A stretch of DNA of 64,000 nucleotides from Rhizaria sp. SCN 62-66 (taxonomy: Eukaryota), in the NCBI GenBank assembly GCA_001724265.1, contig MEDY01000079.1, positions 1 to 64,000 on the forward strand, in the 5' to 3' direction. Both the position numbers and the translations under genes were made by a program. Below are positions 13,001-26,733 of the stretch, piece after piece. Every line of letters starts with the position of its first letter. The stretch's first letter is position 1. The notes beneath the pieces are model-generated. The model saw only the letters and a list, made by a program, of their open reading frames with translations, did no database searches and had not been told where the DNA came from.

Positions 13001-15991
13001 TCGCCACCGCGCACGGCCGCGCGGAGCTGCCCAGCGCCCTTGCCGCCATGACTGCGGCCGCCGCGACCACCATCGCCAACAACAACGCACAGGCTGAGCT
13101 CGCCGCCGCCGCGGCCGCCGCCTCCGCCGCCGCCTCCGCCGCGTCCATCGCCTCTGCAGCCGCCTCTGCGTCCCTGGCGTCCGCCTCGGTGCCCGACAAC
13201 GCCGGTGCGGCCGCGGCGGCGTGCGCGCTGGCGACCGCGGCGGCGCTGGGCTCCGTGGCGGCGTCGACCGCGAGCGCGGCCGCCGCCGTCACGCCCGTGC
13301 TGCACTACGTGCACGCGCCCGTGGCCGCTGCCGTGGCCGCCACCATTGCCGCCGCCACCGCCGCCGCGCGTCCCGACCGCGGCGCCAAGGCTTCGTCTTC
13401 CTCCTCTGCGAACGCTGCGTCTGCGTCCGCTGCCACAGCATCTGCCGCAGCATCTACGCCCGCCGCGCACTCGGCCGGCGCCGCAACGCACCCAGCGACC
13501 GCCGCAGGCGGTGGGTCTGGCGACGGGGACGCTGCCGCCGCTGCTGCCGCTGCTGCGTCTGCGAGGGCGCCGACGCTCGCGCACCCGGAGGCGGTGTACC
13601 CCTACGCACAGCTGCTGCCGCGCTTTGACGCACGCGTGCCCGCCACGCTCGCCGCGCCGCGCGGCCGCAGGCAGACGGGCGTGCGCGCGCGCCAGCTCGC
13701 CGCCGCGGCCGCCGCCGCCGCCTCGGTCGGCTGCCCCGTGCCCGCGCGCCCCGCCGCCGTGGCTGCCGCGGCCGCCGCCACCGGCATCGTCGGCTGCGCT
13801 TGCTGCGGCGGCTCCAAGTGGGTCGTTATCCGGCCCCCCGCGCCTGCGTCTGTGCCTGCGTCTACTGCGCAAACCTCTCCAGCCACCGCGTCCACGGCAA
13901 CCACGACGGACCGCACAATGGCTACGCCGACAGCGGCGGCTGCGGGCGCGGTGCCGAGCGGGCTGACTCTGACCGTGGTTTCCGAGTCTGGCTTCGACTC
14001 CAACGGCGGCGTCGGCGCCGCTGGCCGCCCCGCGGCGCGCGCGCGGCCGCGGCCTGCGCTGTTCATTGACACGGCTTCCGCGTCTCCCGATTGCGCCGTT
14101 ACCGTCCCCGTTGGCGCCGGTGCGCTTGCGCTGCCGCTGCCGCTGCCGCTGCCGCTGCCGCTGCCCAGCGTCGACGCACTGGCGCCGCCGCAGTCCTCTA
14201 ATGCCGCGGCCGCGGGCTGCGCGACGGGGGCCCAGCGGCGGCGTCCGCGCGCGCTGGTGGCGTCGGCGGGCGGCACAGGTGGAGCGGCGCTCTCGCACAC
14301 CGTGCTGCTGCCGCTGACGCCCGGGCTGCATCCGCCGCCGCGCGCGACGGCCGGCGCTGGCGCGGGTGCGGGCCACGGCCACGGCACCGGCATCAGCTTC
14401 CTCGACACCGACTGCGATGGCGATGGCGACGGCGACGGGCTCGGCTTCAGCGACGACACCGAGAACGAAGCCTCAGCGGGGCTCCGCACGAGCGACAGCC
14501 TCGGCAGTAGCGCGCGCGGCCGCGGCAACGCCTTCAGCTTTGTGCCGGGCTCCGGCGCGGCCAACACGGCTTCGATCGGCTCCGGCTTCTCGCCGCTGCC
14601 GCCTGCGCTTGCGGCCCGCGCCCCGCGCGACCACAGCGCTGCCCGCAGCGGCACCGGAGGCGCGGCTCACGGCGCGGGGTTCACGCCGATGCCTAACGCG
14701 GCCTCGCACGGTCCACACGGCCCCGGTCAACACGGAGCGCACGGCGCCGGTGTGCGCGGGCCGGTCTCGCCCCGCACGCCGGGCCCCCACGGCTCTGGCG
14801 GGCTCCTCTCGCCCGGCCGCCGCCGCGCGGGCGCTGCAGCCAACGGCTTCGCGTCCGCCAGCTCCGGCGCCGTCCATCATGGCCACGGGCACGGGCACAG
14901 CCACAGGCGCCGCGGCGCTGGCGGCCACTCGGCCCAGGCCCCGCCGTCGCCGCCACCCGGCTCTGGCTCCGCTGGCGCTGCTGCCGGCGGCTGGCATACG
15001 ACGCACTCGTGCTCGCCGTTCCTGGCGCCATCGGCGACGCTGCCCGCGCAGCTGGTGCCGGGCGCGCGCGAGCTGCAGTTTGACCCCGCACTGACCCTCC
15101 GCGGGCGTGCTCAGGCCGTGCTGCTGGGCCGCAACATTACCGCCGACGCGTCCGCCGCGGCCGACACGGCGGCGCGCGGCGCGTCGGGCTGGGCCGTGCC
15201 GCGCGCGCCGCCGCCGCCGGGCGTGCCGCTGCCCGGCATCGACCTCATCGTGTGTTCGCCGCTCACGCGCGCTCTGCAGACGGCCGTGCTCGTCGCCGCC
15301 GCGCGCGCAGACGCAGAGCGCCACATTGCTAAGGGCCTCGTGTCGCCGCTGCCGGCCGCGCAGGAGCACGCCGCGGCCCGGCACGCGCAGCGCCAGGCGC
15401 TCCGCGAGGCGCGCGCCGCCGCCATGGGGCTCAGCCCCAGGGCCACCCGCTCGCAGCGGCCCACGCCCACCGCCGCGGGCAGCTCGCGCTTTGCGTTCGG
15501 GGGCCCCGTCGCCGCTGCGGCCGCCGCGCGCGGGGGCATCGCGCGCGCGCTGCACTGGCTCATGCCAGCGCTGGGTCCCGCGCCCTCGCCCGGGGCGTCT
15601 GCGTCTGCGGCGGTTTCGCGGCGCAGCTCGCCCACTGGCTCCGCGCGCGCGTCCCCGGCGCCGCTGCTCTCGACCGACCTCGCCAGCGCCGCCACGGCCG
15701 CGCGCAGTTCCCACGGCGACGCGGCGGCCGACTCGTTTCACGCCCACGCAAGCGGCGGGCCCGCGGGATCCGCTGCTAACAGCGCTGACACGTGGGGCCG
15801 CCCGCTGCGCTCGCTCACGTCGCCTGGCACGCGCTCCACGCTTCTCCCGCTGCCCGCAGACAACTACAACGGCGGAAGCAGCGGCGGCCACTTTGCGGGC
15901 GCGCCGCTGTCGGCGCTGACGCCATCGCCCGCGCGCACGCCCTCGCCGACCGACTCGCGGGCCGCGGCCCACGGCGTCTCCACGGTGCTAG

Positions 15992-16026
<35 letters not shown>

Positions 16027-19000
16027 TCGGCAGTGCTGGCCGCGGCGGCCGCCGCCGCCGCGGATGCGGCCTCCGCGGTGGCCGTCGCCGAGGCCGCGGC
16101 CGATGCGGAGACCTCGGCCGCGATCGCCGCGGCGTGGGACTCGTACGTGCCGCGAGTCGCGCTCGTTGACGCCGCCGTCACCTCCATTGCCCCGGCCGCC
16201 TCCTCATCATCCTATGCGTCGCGCCGATCCGCCGGCTATGCTGGTGGCTACGCGGGCGCGGGCGGCAGCGCGCAGTCCTTCTCGGGCTCGGAACACGACC
16301 TGGAGGCCGGCGGCGGGCTCGAGCCCGACGTTGGCGGTACAGAGCTGCGCACGCGCGGCGACGACGACGACGACACGCGCGACGGCTCGCGCGACGACTT
16401 CTCCGCCGCCGGGGGCCGCTCCTCACCCAGACTCTCCCACAACACACAAGGCGCCCGCGGTGCTGCTGCTGGCGGCGCCGCGGGCGCTAACGCCGCCGCA
16501 CGGCAGTCCGGCGGTGTTGCGTCGCGCGCGTTGCTGGGCAGCGTGCCCGGCGCGACGCGGCCGCTGCCGTCGGTGCCCCACTCGGTGCTGACTCTGCGGC
16601 CTGTGCCCGCGGCGCACGACGCGCGGCGAGGCGACCGCGCGCCGTTGTTCAGCGGCGACGACTCGGCCTCCACGGCCGGCTCTGTCTCGGCCACGGGCCC
16701 GCTGTGGGACGAGGAGGACGACGCCGCCGCCGATGAGTCCTCCGCTTTCTCGCTGCTCGGCGCGGCGTCGCTGTCCTCCGGTCGCTCTGAGCTCTCTTTC
16801 CTTGCCTCTGCCGCCGCGCCCGTGTCTTCGTCCGCAGTCGCCGCCGCCGCCGCGGCTGCTGCTGCAGCGGCGGCGAGCGCGGCGTCCGGCGTCGGCAACT
16901 GGGACTGGGGCAAGCTGGGGCTGCCGTGGCGCGGCACGTCTGCTTCCGGTAGCGCCGGCGTCCCGCAGCCGCCTGAGCAGGATGGTTCTGGGTCGCCGTG
17001 GCAGCGCTCGCGCCAGTTCGCGCGCCCTGGCGGCCCCGGGCTCGCCAGCGGCATGACTGGCGGCGTCGCGTCCACTGGCGCTAACGGTCGTTCCAACGCC
17101 AGCAATACGAATGTCACCGGCGTGGTGGCGGCGGGCGTGACGCCGTTCCTGCCCGGCGTGGCCTCGGCGGGCGGCTCGCTCGCCACGCGCGCGCTGACTT
17201 GGCTCGCCGTCGACGAAGCCGCCGCGGCGGGCGGCAAGCGCGGCGGTGGCTCCGGCAGCGGCGGTGGCGGCGGCGGCGCGGGCCTGGCGGGTTCTCCGGG
17301 CGACGGCGACTCTGCGCTGGCGTACCTGTCCTCGCTGCAGCACGCCGCGCAGACGCCACACGTGCAGTGCGTCACGCAGCAGCTCGCGCCCGCGTCCGCG
17401 CCGACCTTCCCCGTGCCGCTGCCGCTGGGCGCGCCCGCAGGAACGGCGCCGCCCGCGGCCTCGGTTCTGCTCTGGGGCTCACGCGTTGAGGTCTGGCCCG
17501 AGCTGCGCGAGTGCCTCGTCTCGCCTGCCGACGTGGGCTCATCCCCTGCCGCGCTGGCCGCGCTTTTCCCCGCGCTGCGCCCGCAGCTCGCGCCGCTCGC
17601 CGACGTCTGGTGGACCACGCCGGGCCCCGCCGAGGTGCACGCCGACCCGCGTGCGCTGCCCGCCGCGCTCGCCGCCGCGCCTCCGCGTGCTGGCGTCACC
17701 GGCACCGGCGCCGGCGCTCGCGGTGGTGAGGGGCCTTCGTGCAGGAACTCGCCCATGCTGGGCGGCGCCGCGATGGACGCGCTGCGGCCGCCGCACTTGC
17801 AGCTCGGGGCTCACCCGCTCGCCACGGCGCACGGCGCGGCACACGGCGCTGGGCGCGGCATGGGCGCTGCCGTGGTGCTCGCGCCGACGGTCTTCGTCAC
17901 CGGGGACCCGGGCTTCCGCCGCGCGCCCTCGCCGCCCCCGCCGCCCCCACAGCATCAGCAGACGCAGGCGCAGGGGCAGACGCAACAGCAACAGCAGCAG
18001 CAAGTCACTGCGGCACAGTCTACGCAGCCGCAGCAGCAGCAACAGCAGCATGGTTCATGCGATGCGAGAGGCGCGGCGCTGCACTCAGTCGCAGCTCACG
18101 CTCTTGCGCTCGGCTCCACACAGCGTTTCGCGCGCTCAGACTCCACGACCGTGGCGCCCCTGCCCGCGCCAGTGTCTGCTGTCTCAGTCAGCGGCGCTTC
18201 CTCGCACGACGCCGGCCACGCGACCCGCAGCGCTGCGGCGGCGGCCGCTGAAGCTGCTGCGGATGATGCCGCTGCGAGCGCGCGCGCGCTGGCGGCGGCG
18301 TCTGCGGCGCTTTTTACGCCCTCGAGCGCGTCCGCCGTCTCCGTCGCGGGGCCGGTGGCCGTGGCGACGGGTGACGCGGTCTTCCGCGCACTATACGCCG
18401 CCGCCTTCGCTCTGGCGCTCAAGCAGACGCTGCACGCGTACCTCGCCGCCACCGAGCAGGAGGCCGCGGTCCTCAGAGCCGCCACCGCCGCCGCCGCCGC
18501 GGTCGCCGCCTCCTCTCGCGCGGCGGCCTTACGCGACCACGGCGACGGCAGCGAGGCCGACGACAAGTTCTCCTTCACGGGCTCCGTCGCGCGCCACGCG
18601 CGGCTCGAGCTTTCGCTCTCGGCCTCGGACTCGTCGCTGCAGGCCCTGGCCGCCGCCGCGGCCGCCGCGCCGGGCGGGCCACTGCCGCTGCCACCCGCGC
18701 TCGAGGCCGCCAGCGCGGCGGGTGCGCCGCCGACGTGGCTCGCTCAGCCCTCGCTGTCGGTCTCCATCTCGGCCTTTTCCGCCAGCTCCTCCACACAGCC
18801 CTCCTCCGCCGTCGCGGCCGCGGCCGGCGCCGCACCCGGCCTGATCCCGCGCAAGGGTTTCTCCGCGGGCCCCGCAGGCTCTGCCGCCGCGCTCGCCGCC
18901 GCTGCCACCGCCGCGGCCGCTGCTGTGACGACTGCCGCCGTGGCCGCCGCGGCCGAGGCCGAGGCCGCCGCGAGCCCCGCGCCCCTGCCGCTGGACTCTG

Positions 19001-19911
19001 ACCGCGCGCCCTTCCGCTTCCTGCCGCCGCCCTCCGCCACGGCGTCGGCATCTGCAGCCGCGGCAGCCGCGGCCGCCGCCGCGTCTGCCTCGCTGTCGAT
19101 GGCGGCGACGCCCACGCCGTCCTCCGCGGCGGCCGCGGCGTCAGCACTGCTGGCGTCGCGGCACCGCACGGCACCGTCGCCGATGCTGCAGCCGCAGCTG
19201 CCGACGCGCGCCGCCACCGCGCGCGCCAGCATCGTCGCCGCGCTGCCCGCGCACCCGGTGGGACTGCCGCCGACGCCGTCGCTGGGACCGCACGCGCTTG
19301 CCGCCGCGGCTGCGGCCGCCGCCGCCGCCGCCGCGGCAGGGGTGCGCTCTCCGCTGCTCTCCCCGGGGGGCTCCGCGTGCGCAGCCGCGAGCGCCGCGGG
19401 CGACGTGTCCCACGACGCGCTGTCGCTGGCGCAGCAGGCCGCCTTCTCGCCGCTCGCGCTGCCGCTGGTTTCGCCCATGTCGCCGCCCCTCGGCGCCAGC
19501 GTTGTCGGTGGCGCGCAGCTCGGCGGTGTGCCATCGACAGCGCTGGCGCCCACTCACTCGCTGTCGCCCGTGTCGTCGTCGGCCACGGCCGCGGCCTCGA
19601 TGTCGGCCTCGGCCGTCGACGCGCTGCTGGCCGCCGGCCCCGGACCCGCCCCCGCCCCCGCGGTCGCAGCCGCCGACGCGACGGCGCCGCTGCTGCTCGC
19701 GGGCGCCACCATGGATCTGGGGCTGGACCCCACGAGCGCGGACGGCGCCGTGCTGCGGGACTTCTTCGTCGCCGCAGCGCGCAGCGGCATCGACGCCGTT
19801 ATGGGCGGCTTCGCGGACCCCGACTCGGACGAGGAGGACGATCCGGCTGCCGCCGCTGCCGCCGCCGTCGCCGTCGCAGCGCTGCTGGGCTCGCACCGCA
19901 GCGCCAGCGAA

Positions 19912-19958
<47 letters not shown>

Positions 19959-22900
19959 CGACGACAGCGACGACGGCGACGCGTCTGACTCTGGCGCGTC
20001 GGCTGGCGACCGCGACGCTATCTCGCTGGGCGGCGGGCGCCGCAGCTATAACGGCTCCGATAGCGACGGCGACTTCGCGTACCGGCGCCACCGCGGGCCG
20101 CGCGCCGGCGACGACAGCCACGTTAGCCTGAGCGGCAGCGACTCGGACAGCAGCGGCGGCGGCGCGGGTGCGGGCGCAGCGGGCGGCCGCGTGTACCGCC
20201 ACACGCTCGCGCCCCTCGGCCTGGGCCTGGGCAAGGGCCTGGGGGTCGGCGTCGGGCGCGCGCGCGCTTACCGCCGCGGCTCCGCGTCCTGGCTTGCGCC
20301 CGCCTGTCTCAGCGATGGCGAGGACAACGACGGCGGCCGCGACGTCGACTGTAAGCGTGACCGCGAGCGTGACCGCATTAAGGCGTCCGCGCCGCAGCAA
20401 CGCACGCTTCTCGGTGCAGCCAGCGCCAGCGCCTCCTCGGCGGGCCCCGCTGCCGCTGCCGCGAGAGGCTGGTCCGCGGCACCCTCGCCCACAATGATGG
20501 ACTCGACGCGTGCCTCCGCGGCGAGCGCAATTCCTCCCCCCACTTACGTCCACGGTCACAAGCCGAGCGCGCCTGCGCCGGACGCGCCCTCGCGCCACTG
20601 CCGGTGCTGTGCGAGCACGCTGCCCGCGGCCGCCCCGCCGGCGGCGGCGCTGCCCAGCGCGTCGCGCAACAGCGTCAGCAGCGTGGACAGCAGTCCGTGC
20701 GGGCGCGGCAGCGTGAGCAGCACCGGGCGGCCCGTGCCGTTCCTGCTGCACAGCTCCACCGCGCCCAGCCCGCCCAGCAGCGCGCGCGGCAGCCCCAAGG
20801 CGGGCCCGCTGCCACTACCTCTCGCGCCCGCGGCGCTGTCCGCGCTGGCCGAGGCCATCGCAGCGCCCGCGCGCGGGTCACTCTCACTCGCGCTTACGCC
20901 GCTAGCGCCCACGCCAGTGACGGCGGCGTCCGGGGCCGCGCTGCAGCCCCTGCCGTTCGCCGCCGTGCCCGCGCAGTGCTGCTCGCGCTGCTGCTGCCGC
21001 GTCTGGGCCTGCAAGGGCTTGAACCCCGCTGCGTCGGCGCCGCGCACGGACTTCGCTGGCGGCGCCGGCTCAGAAGCCGACGACTACGACGACGGCTACG
21101 ACGATGACAACAGCATCGACTCTGCCGGTGACGCGCGCGACTCGGAGGGCTCGCTGTGGGCTCGCGCGGCCGGCGCCGGAGCTGAGCGCTGGTTCTCGCA
21201 GCTGCTGCGCTTCCCGTTCTTCCGCCCTCGGCCCCGCACTATTGCGCGGTCGGCCCCGTCGCCCGTGGCTGCGGCCGCTGCCGCAGTGACCGCAGCGCCC
21301 GGCTCCTGCGACCAGTACACGCTCGCGCTGCGGCAGAGCGTGCTGCCCGCGGGCTTCGGCTCGACCTGGAGCCGCGGCGCACTGGCCGCGCCTCACGTCT
21401 GCCTGCGCGACCCCTCCGCGGCCGCCGCACCCGCCAAGGCGACCGCAACTGCGCGGCGCGTGGGGCACGTGCGGCGGCGCCGGCTGAGCTCGCTCGCGCG
21501 CGCGCTGCTGCACCCGCACTGGCAGCTGGCGCTGCTGCACCGCTCGTTGCCTTTCCCGCCGGTGCCCGCGGCTTCGGAGCCTGCGGCCGTGTCGTCCACG
21601 GTCGGCGGCTACATGCTGCCGCTGCTGCAGTCGCAGTGGGCGCCACCTGCGCCCTTCTCGTCGCCCGCGGCCGCGCTCGCGCTGCAGCGCCTGCCGTGGG
21701 CCGCGCGCCTGCTCTTCGCGGCGCACCCGGAGACGTTTCCGCGCGAGCCCGTGGCGGCTGTTGCGGCGCGGCTTGAGGCCGTGATGGACCGTCTCGCCGC
21801 GCGCACCGACGTGCGCACCGCAGTCGTCATCACGCACCCCGTGCTGCTGCGCACGCTGCTCGTGCGATGTCTGGGCTTCCCGCGCGACGCCGCCGCCGCG
21901 CGCGTCCCGCCCGGCGGCATGCTCAAGGTCCAGCTGCAGGTCCAGGAGGAGGTCGACGCCGACGCCGCCGACGCCGCCGACGAGGCGGCCGCGCGCGCTG
22001 CCACCGCTGCCGCCGCCGCCGCCGCGGGCTGGGAGTTCGGCGCGGACCCGCTGGGCGGGCCGTGGCCGCCGCTCCTGGACGACGACGGCGCGCTGCTGCC
22101 TGACTCGCACCCCGCGCGCTACATGCAGATGCAGGCCTGGCTGCGCTCACGCAACGGCACCCCCAGCGCCGCGGCCGCCGCCGCCGCCGCGGGGCTCTAC
22201 GGCGGCGCGGGCGGGCTGCACCGACAGCTGCACATGCAGCAGCAGCGCCAGTTGCAGCTGCATCAGCAGCAGCTGCAGCTGCAGCAGCACCAGCGCCAGC
22301 AGCATCTCGCGCTTCTGCAGCGCCGCGCCGCCGCCGCCGCGGCCGCTGCGTCCGGTGCGCTAGGCGCTGGCTCTGGCGCTGATGAGGCTGAGTACGAGTA
22401 CGAGTACGAATACTACGACGAGGGCGACTACGAGGGCGACCACGAGGGCGACGGCTGGGAGGGTGAGGAGGGCGACTGGTACTGGGAGGGCGACGAGCCC
22501 GACGGCGGCGCTGAGATCGAGCTCGAGCCAGAGTACGAGCAGGGCCACTGGGACCAGACCGGCGCAGGTGCCGGCGCTGGCGCTGATCACGCTGGGACGA
22601 GCGCTGTTGTTGTGTCTCAGGGCGCTGCGACTGCGGGCGCGACTGGCGCTGCGCCTGGGACATTGCGGGCTGACCCATTCGTGCTCTTTGCAGTCCCTGT
22701 CCCTGTGCCGCCTCCCGCGACCGCGCATGTGCCGATGCCCATGACTGCTCCTGCAACCGGGCCCGCGACTATGAATTCAACATTCGTCTCTGCGCCTGTA
22801 GCGGCCCAAGCATCTGTGCCTCTGTCAGCACCAGTGATTCCCCAAGCAGCTGCGACCGTGCCTGTCCAAACTCATGTCACGACCCTGGCTCCTGTTGCAG

Positions 22901-23703
22901 CCACCCCTGCAGCTATGCCAGCCCTTGCTGCGGGCACAACCGCAGCCGCAGTCCCGCAGCCGCTCCCGCTTCCAACCGCGGCCGCGCCGCAGCCCTTCGC
23001 TGCGCCGCCGAAGTTTGCGGCGCCGCAACCTTTCTCCTCTCCGCAGCCTTTTGCACCCCCACAGCCTTTTGCGTCACCGCAGCCATTCCCGCCGCCGCAG
23101 CCTTTTGCGGCAATGCCGGTGCTGCCCTTCACAGGCGCCTTTGCGACAAACCCTTTTGCGGTCCCGACGGCTTCGGTCTCCGCGTCGCCCGCGCCCGCGC
23201 CCACGCCCGCACCGCTACCTCCCTGGCCGCCGCTGGGCTCCTCTGCTGCGCCGATAGCGTCGCCTCTGCGAGCCATCCCCGCAGCTGTGCCGGTCATAGC
23301 GACTGTGCCGAGGGCAGCGACCGCGAATGGCGCAGCAGGCGCAGCAGGCGCAGCGGGAGCGGTAGCTACGCCCCCGAGAGCGGGCCCCGCTGCTGCCGCG
23401 ACTGCTGTTGCCGCGGGACAGCTGCCGCGACCTGCGACGGCGCTGATGCCGTTGCCGGCGATGCCCGCGCTGCCCGCCATGCCGACGCTGGCGATGCCGA
23501 CACTGACCCTGCCGAAGTTTGCAATGCCGACGCTTGCGATGCCTGCCTTCGCCACGGTGCCCGCGTTAGCAGCGCCGCCGCCGCGGCCCGCAGCTGCCCC
23601 CAGTGTAGCCGATTCTAGTGCCACTGCATCCACCATGTCTACCAAGCTCACGGCTTTCACTCCGGCGGCCGCGGCACAGCAACAAAGCTCCTCAGTGACA
23701 TGA
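10093..23703 (+). CDS. Giant Ala/Ser/Pro/Gly-rich protein, 4536 aa, with an N-terminal TM helix and a fragmented histidine-phosphatase (PGAM-like) domain
   Basis: A single open frame of 13.6 kb from ATG 10093. N-terminal WIYVMIAAEVLVSLTVALLLLFFCCRR is a TM helix followed by a Cys pair and basic residues. Histidine-phosphatase motifs occur in the correct order at 11479, 15070, 15238, 17482 and 21742. Stop TGA. Confidence 0.75.
19911..19964 (+). repeat. (GAC)n trinucleotide tract encoding poly-Asp within the giant ORF
   Basis: A run of gacgacgac... is visible directly and translates as about 17 consecutive Asp. Confidence 0.9.
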
Positions 23704-24034
23704 GGTCTCCGCTAGTTTGTTTTGACAAAACGTGATTGTATATGTAAAGCTATTCTTTATTCAGTAAATTCAATCCTACTTTTTAATACGTTATTTTAAC
23801 CACGGACGCCCTGTCCGCGTACATAGTGCTTTCTAAAACGTTGTGATATATCATAATACATGTGAGAATTATCTTATCTTCAACTCATCTTGCGTGACTA
23901 GACGGGGCATACAGACGCGCATAAGCAGCCAACAGGTCAGATCAGACCCATTCGTCGTGTGTCGCGCTTTTATGCGCACTGTCTCAGCTGTGCCACGCTC
24001 GTAAGTGGTATGTCAGAACAAGCGAGACTTGCAC

Positions 24035-24457
24035 TTAGAGCTTGAGGCCGATGTCCTCGTGCTCGCCCTCGGCCTTCTTGCGCTCCGCAGCCTCAGCGGC
24101 GGCGGCCTTAGCGCTCTCCTCATCTAGACGCTTCTTCTCCTCCAGAATCTTCTCGATCGCGCTCATGCCTGCGATGCGATACACGCCGCGAGAGGTCATT
24201 GGCAAATGGCGAGCAGGTGGCACACAGGAGGGGGACATGGGAAACAACACAGAACAGACGACAAGGTGAATGAGCGGCAAGCAGTGTCAAAGCAAGATTT
24301 GGAAAACGTTGCAAGATCATCAAGAAGGCGTACCATCGACAGGAGCGGGCGCTGCAGGCTTGGCGGGCTGGGCATCAGCGACAGGAGAGACGAGAGGGTC
24401 AAACTCGTCGAACTCAGAGATGTGCTGCTTGTTCTCGACAGTAGGTGCGTCAGACAT
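24035..24457 (-). CDS. Hypothetical 85-aa acidic/coiled-coil microprotein, 2 exons
   Basis: Exon 24457-24334 (MSDAPTVENKQHISEFDEFDPLVSP...PVD), intron 24333-24169 (GTACGC...CGCAG, phase 1), exon 24168-24035 (GMSAIEKILEEKKRLDEESAK...IGLKL). Exon codon usage resembles the other genes. Stop TAA. Confidence 0.7.
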
Positions 24458-25288
24458 GCTATTGAAGGGTGATTCAGGGAAAGAAGAAAGAGGTCACACG
24501 TGAGATACCAATTTAGCCAAGCTCCGATGCCATAAGAGGTTTACAGCATCTCCACACAAAGCCGAGAAGAGAAGATATGGCCGTTGTCGAGGTGGCGATT
24601 CAACTCGTATAGCAGAGGGCACAAAGGCATGATATCAGCGCATCTCAGTGCATTAGATAATACAAACAGGTTAGAAATCCCACGGGCCACTTGCAATCAC
24701 CGCGCAGAATCCACAATGACGGGGCCCAAAGACGGAGTTTAGTTGTTTCGAGCCACCGCTTCAATCGCCAACACATCGACGTTTCGTTCGTCGTGGCTCG
24801 CTCGGGTCGACAGTCAGTCGGCAGGTTCCTAAAAAAAGCCACAGTCGTTTTCTTGTTTGTGGTCAGAACCGGTCCGCTTCGATTAATCGAGCTTAATAAT
24901 CGCTGCTTGGCTTAACATCAAGGTTACTTGTTTTACAGCCACTTGTCATTACTGTACCTGCATTTTCTTGTGGTGAGCGATCATGTGCTTGTGATGTCGC
25001 GTCAGTTTCGACGTTTAGACCCGCGAAATCCACTATTTTTCAAGATACGTCTACGGACTTGAAGTGCATGGAATTTGATAAAATACAATGACATAAAATA
25101 GTAAACCCATTTATTTTTTAAATCCAGCTAATTATTATCTGAATGCTTGCGCATATCAGCCATGCATAAGTTGAACAGATGACCCATTCAAAGTTCATGC
25201 GAGTTGCCCGACAGCAATGCGAAGCAAGGACGAATGAGCTTCACGCAAAATGCGGGCATTCCGTATATTCTTGTCCGTCAGTCTGCAC

Positions 25289-26147
25289 ATGGCTTTAACA
25301 TGTAAATTAATATTTGACCTTTGACATCTTCTCTTTATTATGTGTCGTTTCAAGGACCATATCACCCTCATGAGCCTTTCACTTGTGCATTATCCCTCAC
25401 ACGCCGCCCATGTGTCGTTTTTTCCCGCTTCTTCCTCGAATCACCCTTCCCATCATACATTTAGACGGCGCTATGTCTGCGAGCATTGCAAATCAGCACT
25501 TGAAGATGCTTCTACTGCGCAAGACGCGCGTGGACGAGCAGGTGCGCAAGTTCCGCGACGACGAGGAGGCCGCGATCCAGGCCTCCGACAACAAGGACGC
25601 GCGCCGCAAGCTCTACGAGGCGCAGCAGGCGCGCGCGGGCTTCGAGGTCCCACTCACGCCGCTCGTGCGCGCGCAGACGACGGGTCCCGCGGCCCCGCGC
25701 GTGCCGCGCAGCGAGAAGGCCGCGTTCGAGGCCGCCGTGCGCGCGCACGCCCGCACTGGCGCCCACGAGCGCAGCAAGCGTCGCCGCGCGAGCGCCGCGG
25801 CGGCGGCTGTGGCGTCCAACCCGTTCGTGGACGCCGTGGACGCTGACGAGGGCAGCGAGGCCGTGTTGCAGCGGCAGATTAAGCGCGCGCGCGCCGTCGC
25901 CGCGGGCTCCGTGGCCGGCCGCGCGACCGCACCCGCGGCGGCGCTCATGGCGACGCACGCTAAGCGCACCGCGCTGAAGAACAACCTTTCGGTGCTGCTG
26001 CGCAACGACGCGCCCGCGCAGCAGGCTGCGGCCTCGCTTAAGGGCATTTACGAGAAGGCCGTGCGACCCGAGCTGACTAAGAAGCGCGGCCGTCGCGCTA
26101 AGAACGTCGAGGTTGAGCGCCGCAAGCGCGGCGACGACTCGGACTGA
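25289..26147 (+). CDS. Hypothetical basic protein (~231 aa), possibly nuclear/nucleolar
   Basis: Main exon 25465-26147 is GC3-rich and Lys/Arg-rich (KRRR, KKRGRR, RRKR). A candidate 13-nt first exon 25289-25301 with intron 25302-25464 (GTAAAT...TTAG) splices in frame. The alternative start is ATG 25473. Stop TGA. Confidence 0.65.
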
Positions 26148-26733
26148 GCATGAAGCACGCAAAGAGCGAGCTAGCTGCTGTGCGACAGCAGCCTCATTTA
26201 TTCGTGTTACAACGACAAACTGCGACGTCTTACTTGAGCTGAACAGGCCGGGATGCGCATTGTGGCTAGGAAATTCCAACTGGACTTTTCAAAAGAAGCA
26301 TACGTATTCATGCAATACAATCGACCAAATGAACCTAAGTCCCTCTAGGAGATGTAAAAAAGTGATATTGTATTTTCTTAGCGTTGTGAGCAAATTTAGA
26401 AATTCATATTGTGTCTTGGTTCCTGTACAAAGGCTGCTATTAGCCGATCAAATTGAGTTGTGTTGTGATAATGTCTGTGGTAAGATTGATAGTTGGACTT
26501 GCATGCATGCGTGCATCAGTGTAGCAAAACGCCATGACGCTGCAAAAAGTAGCGACAGACATCGCCCTAATTACTCAGCGCTGATTAAGCTCATGCGCTG
26601 TCAAGCCAGGCGTCACTACACATTTGACACGACGACTGACAGCGTCGCCGAGCTTCAACGTTGACCGTTAAAGACAGCCGTTGATCGTATCATCACAAAA
26701 GCACGCGCGCCTACGGTGCGTCGTTTGCGGTGC

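Noticed and set aside
10151-23660. Numerous long antisense and alternate-frame ORFs (up to ~600 aa) overlapping the large genes here and elsewhere in the window
   Set aside because: They are shadows of GC-rich, codon-biased exons. Their translations are Arg/Ala/Gly-rich with no recognisable motifs.
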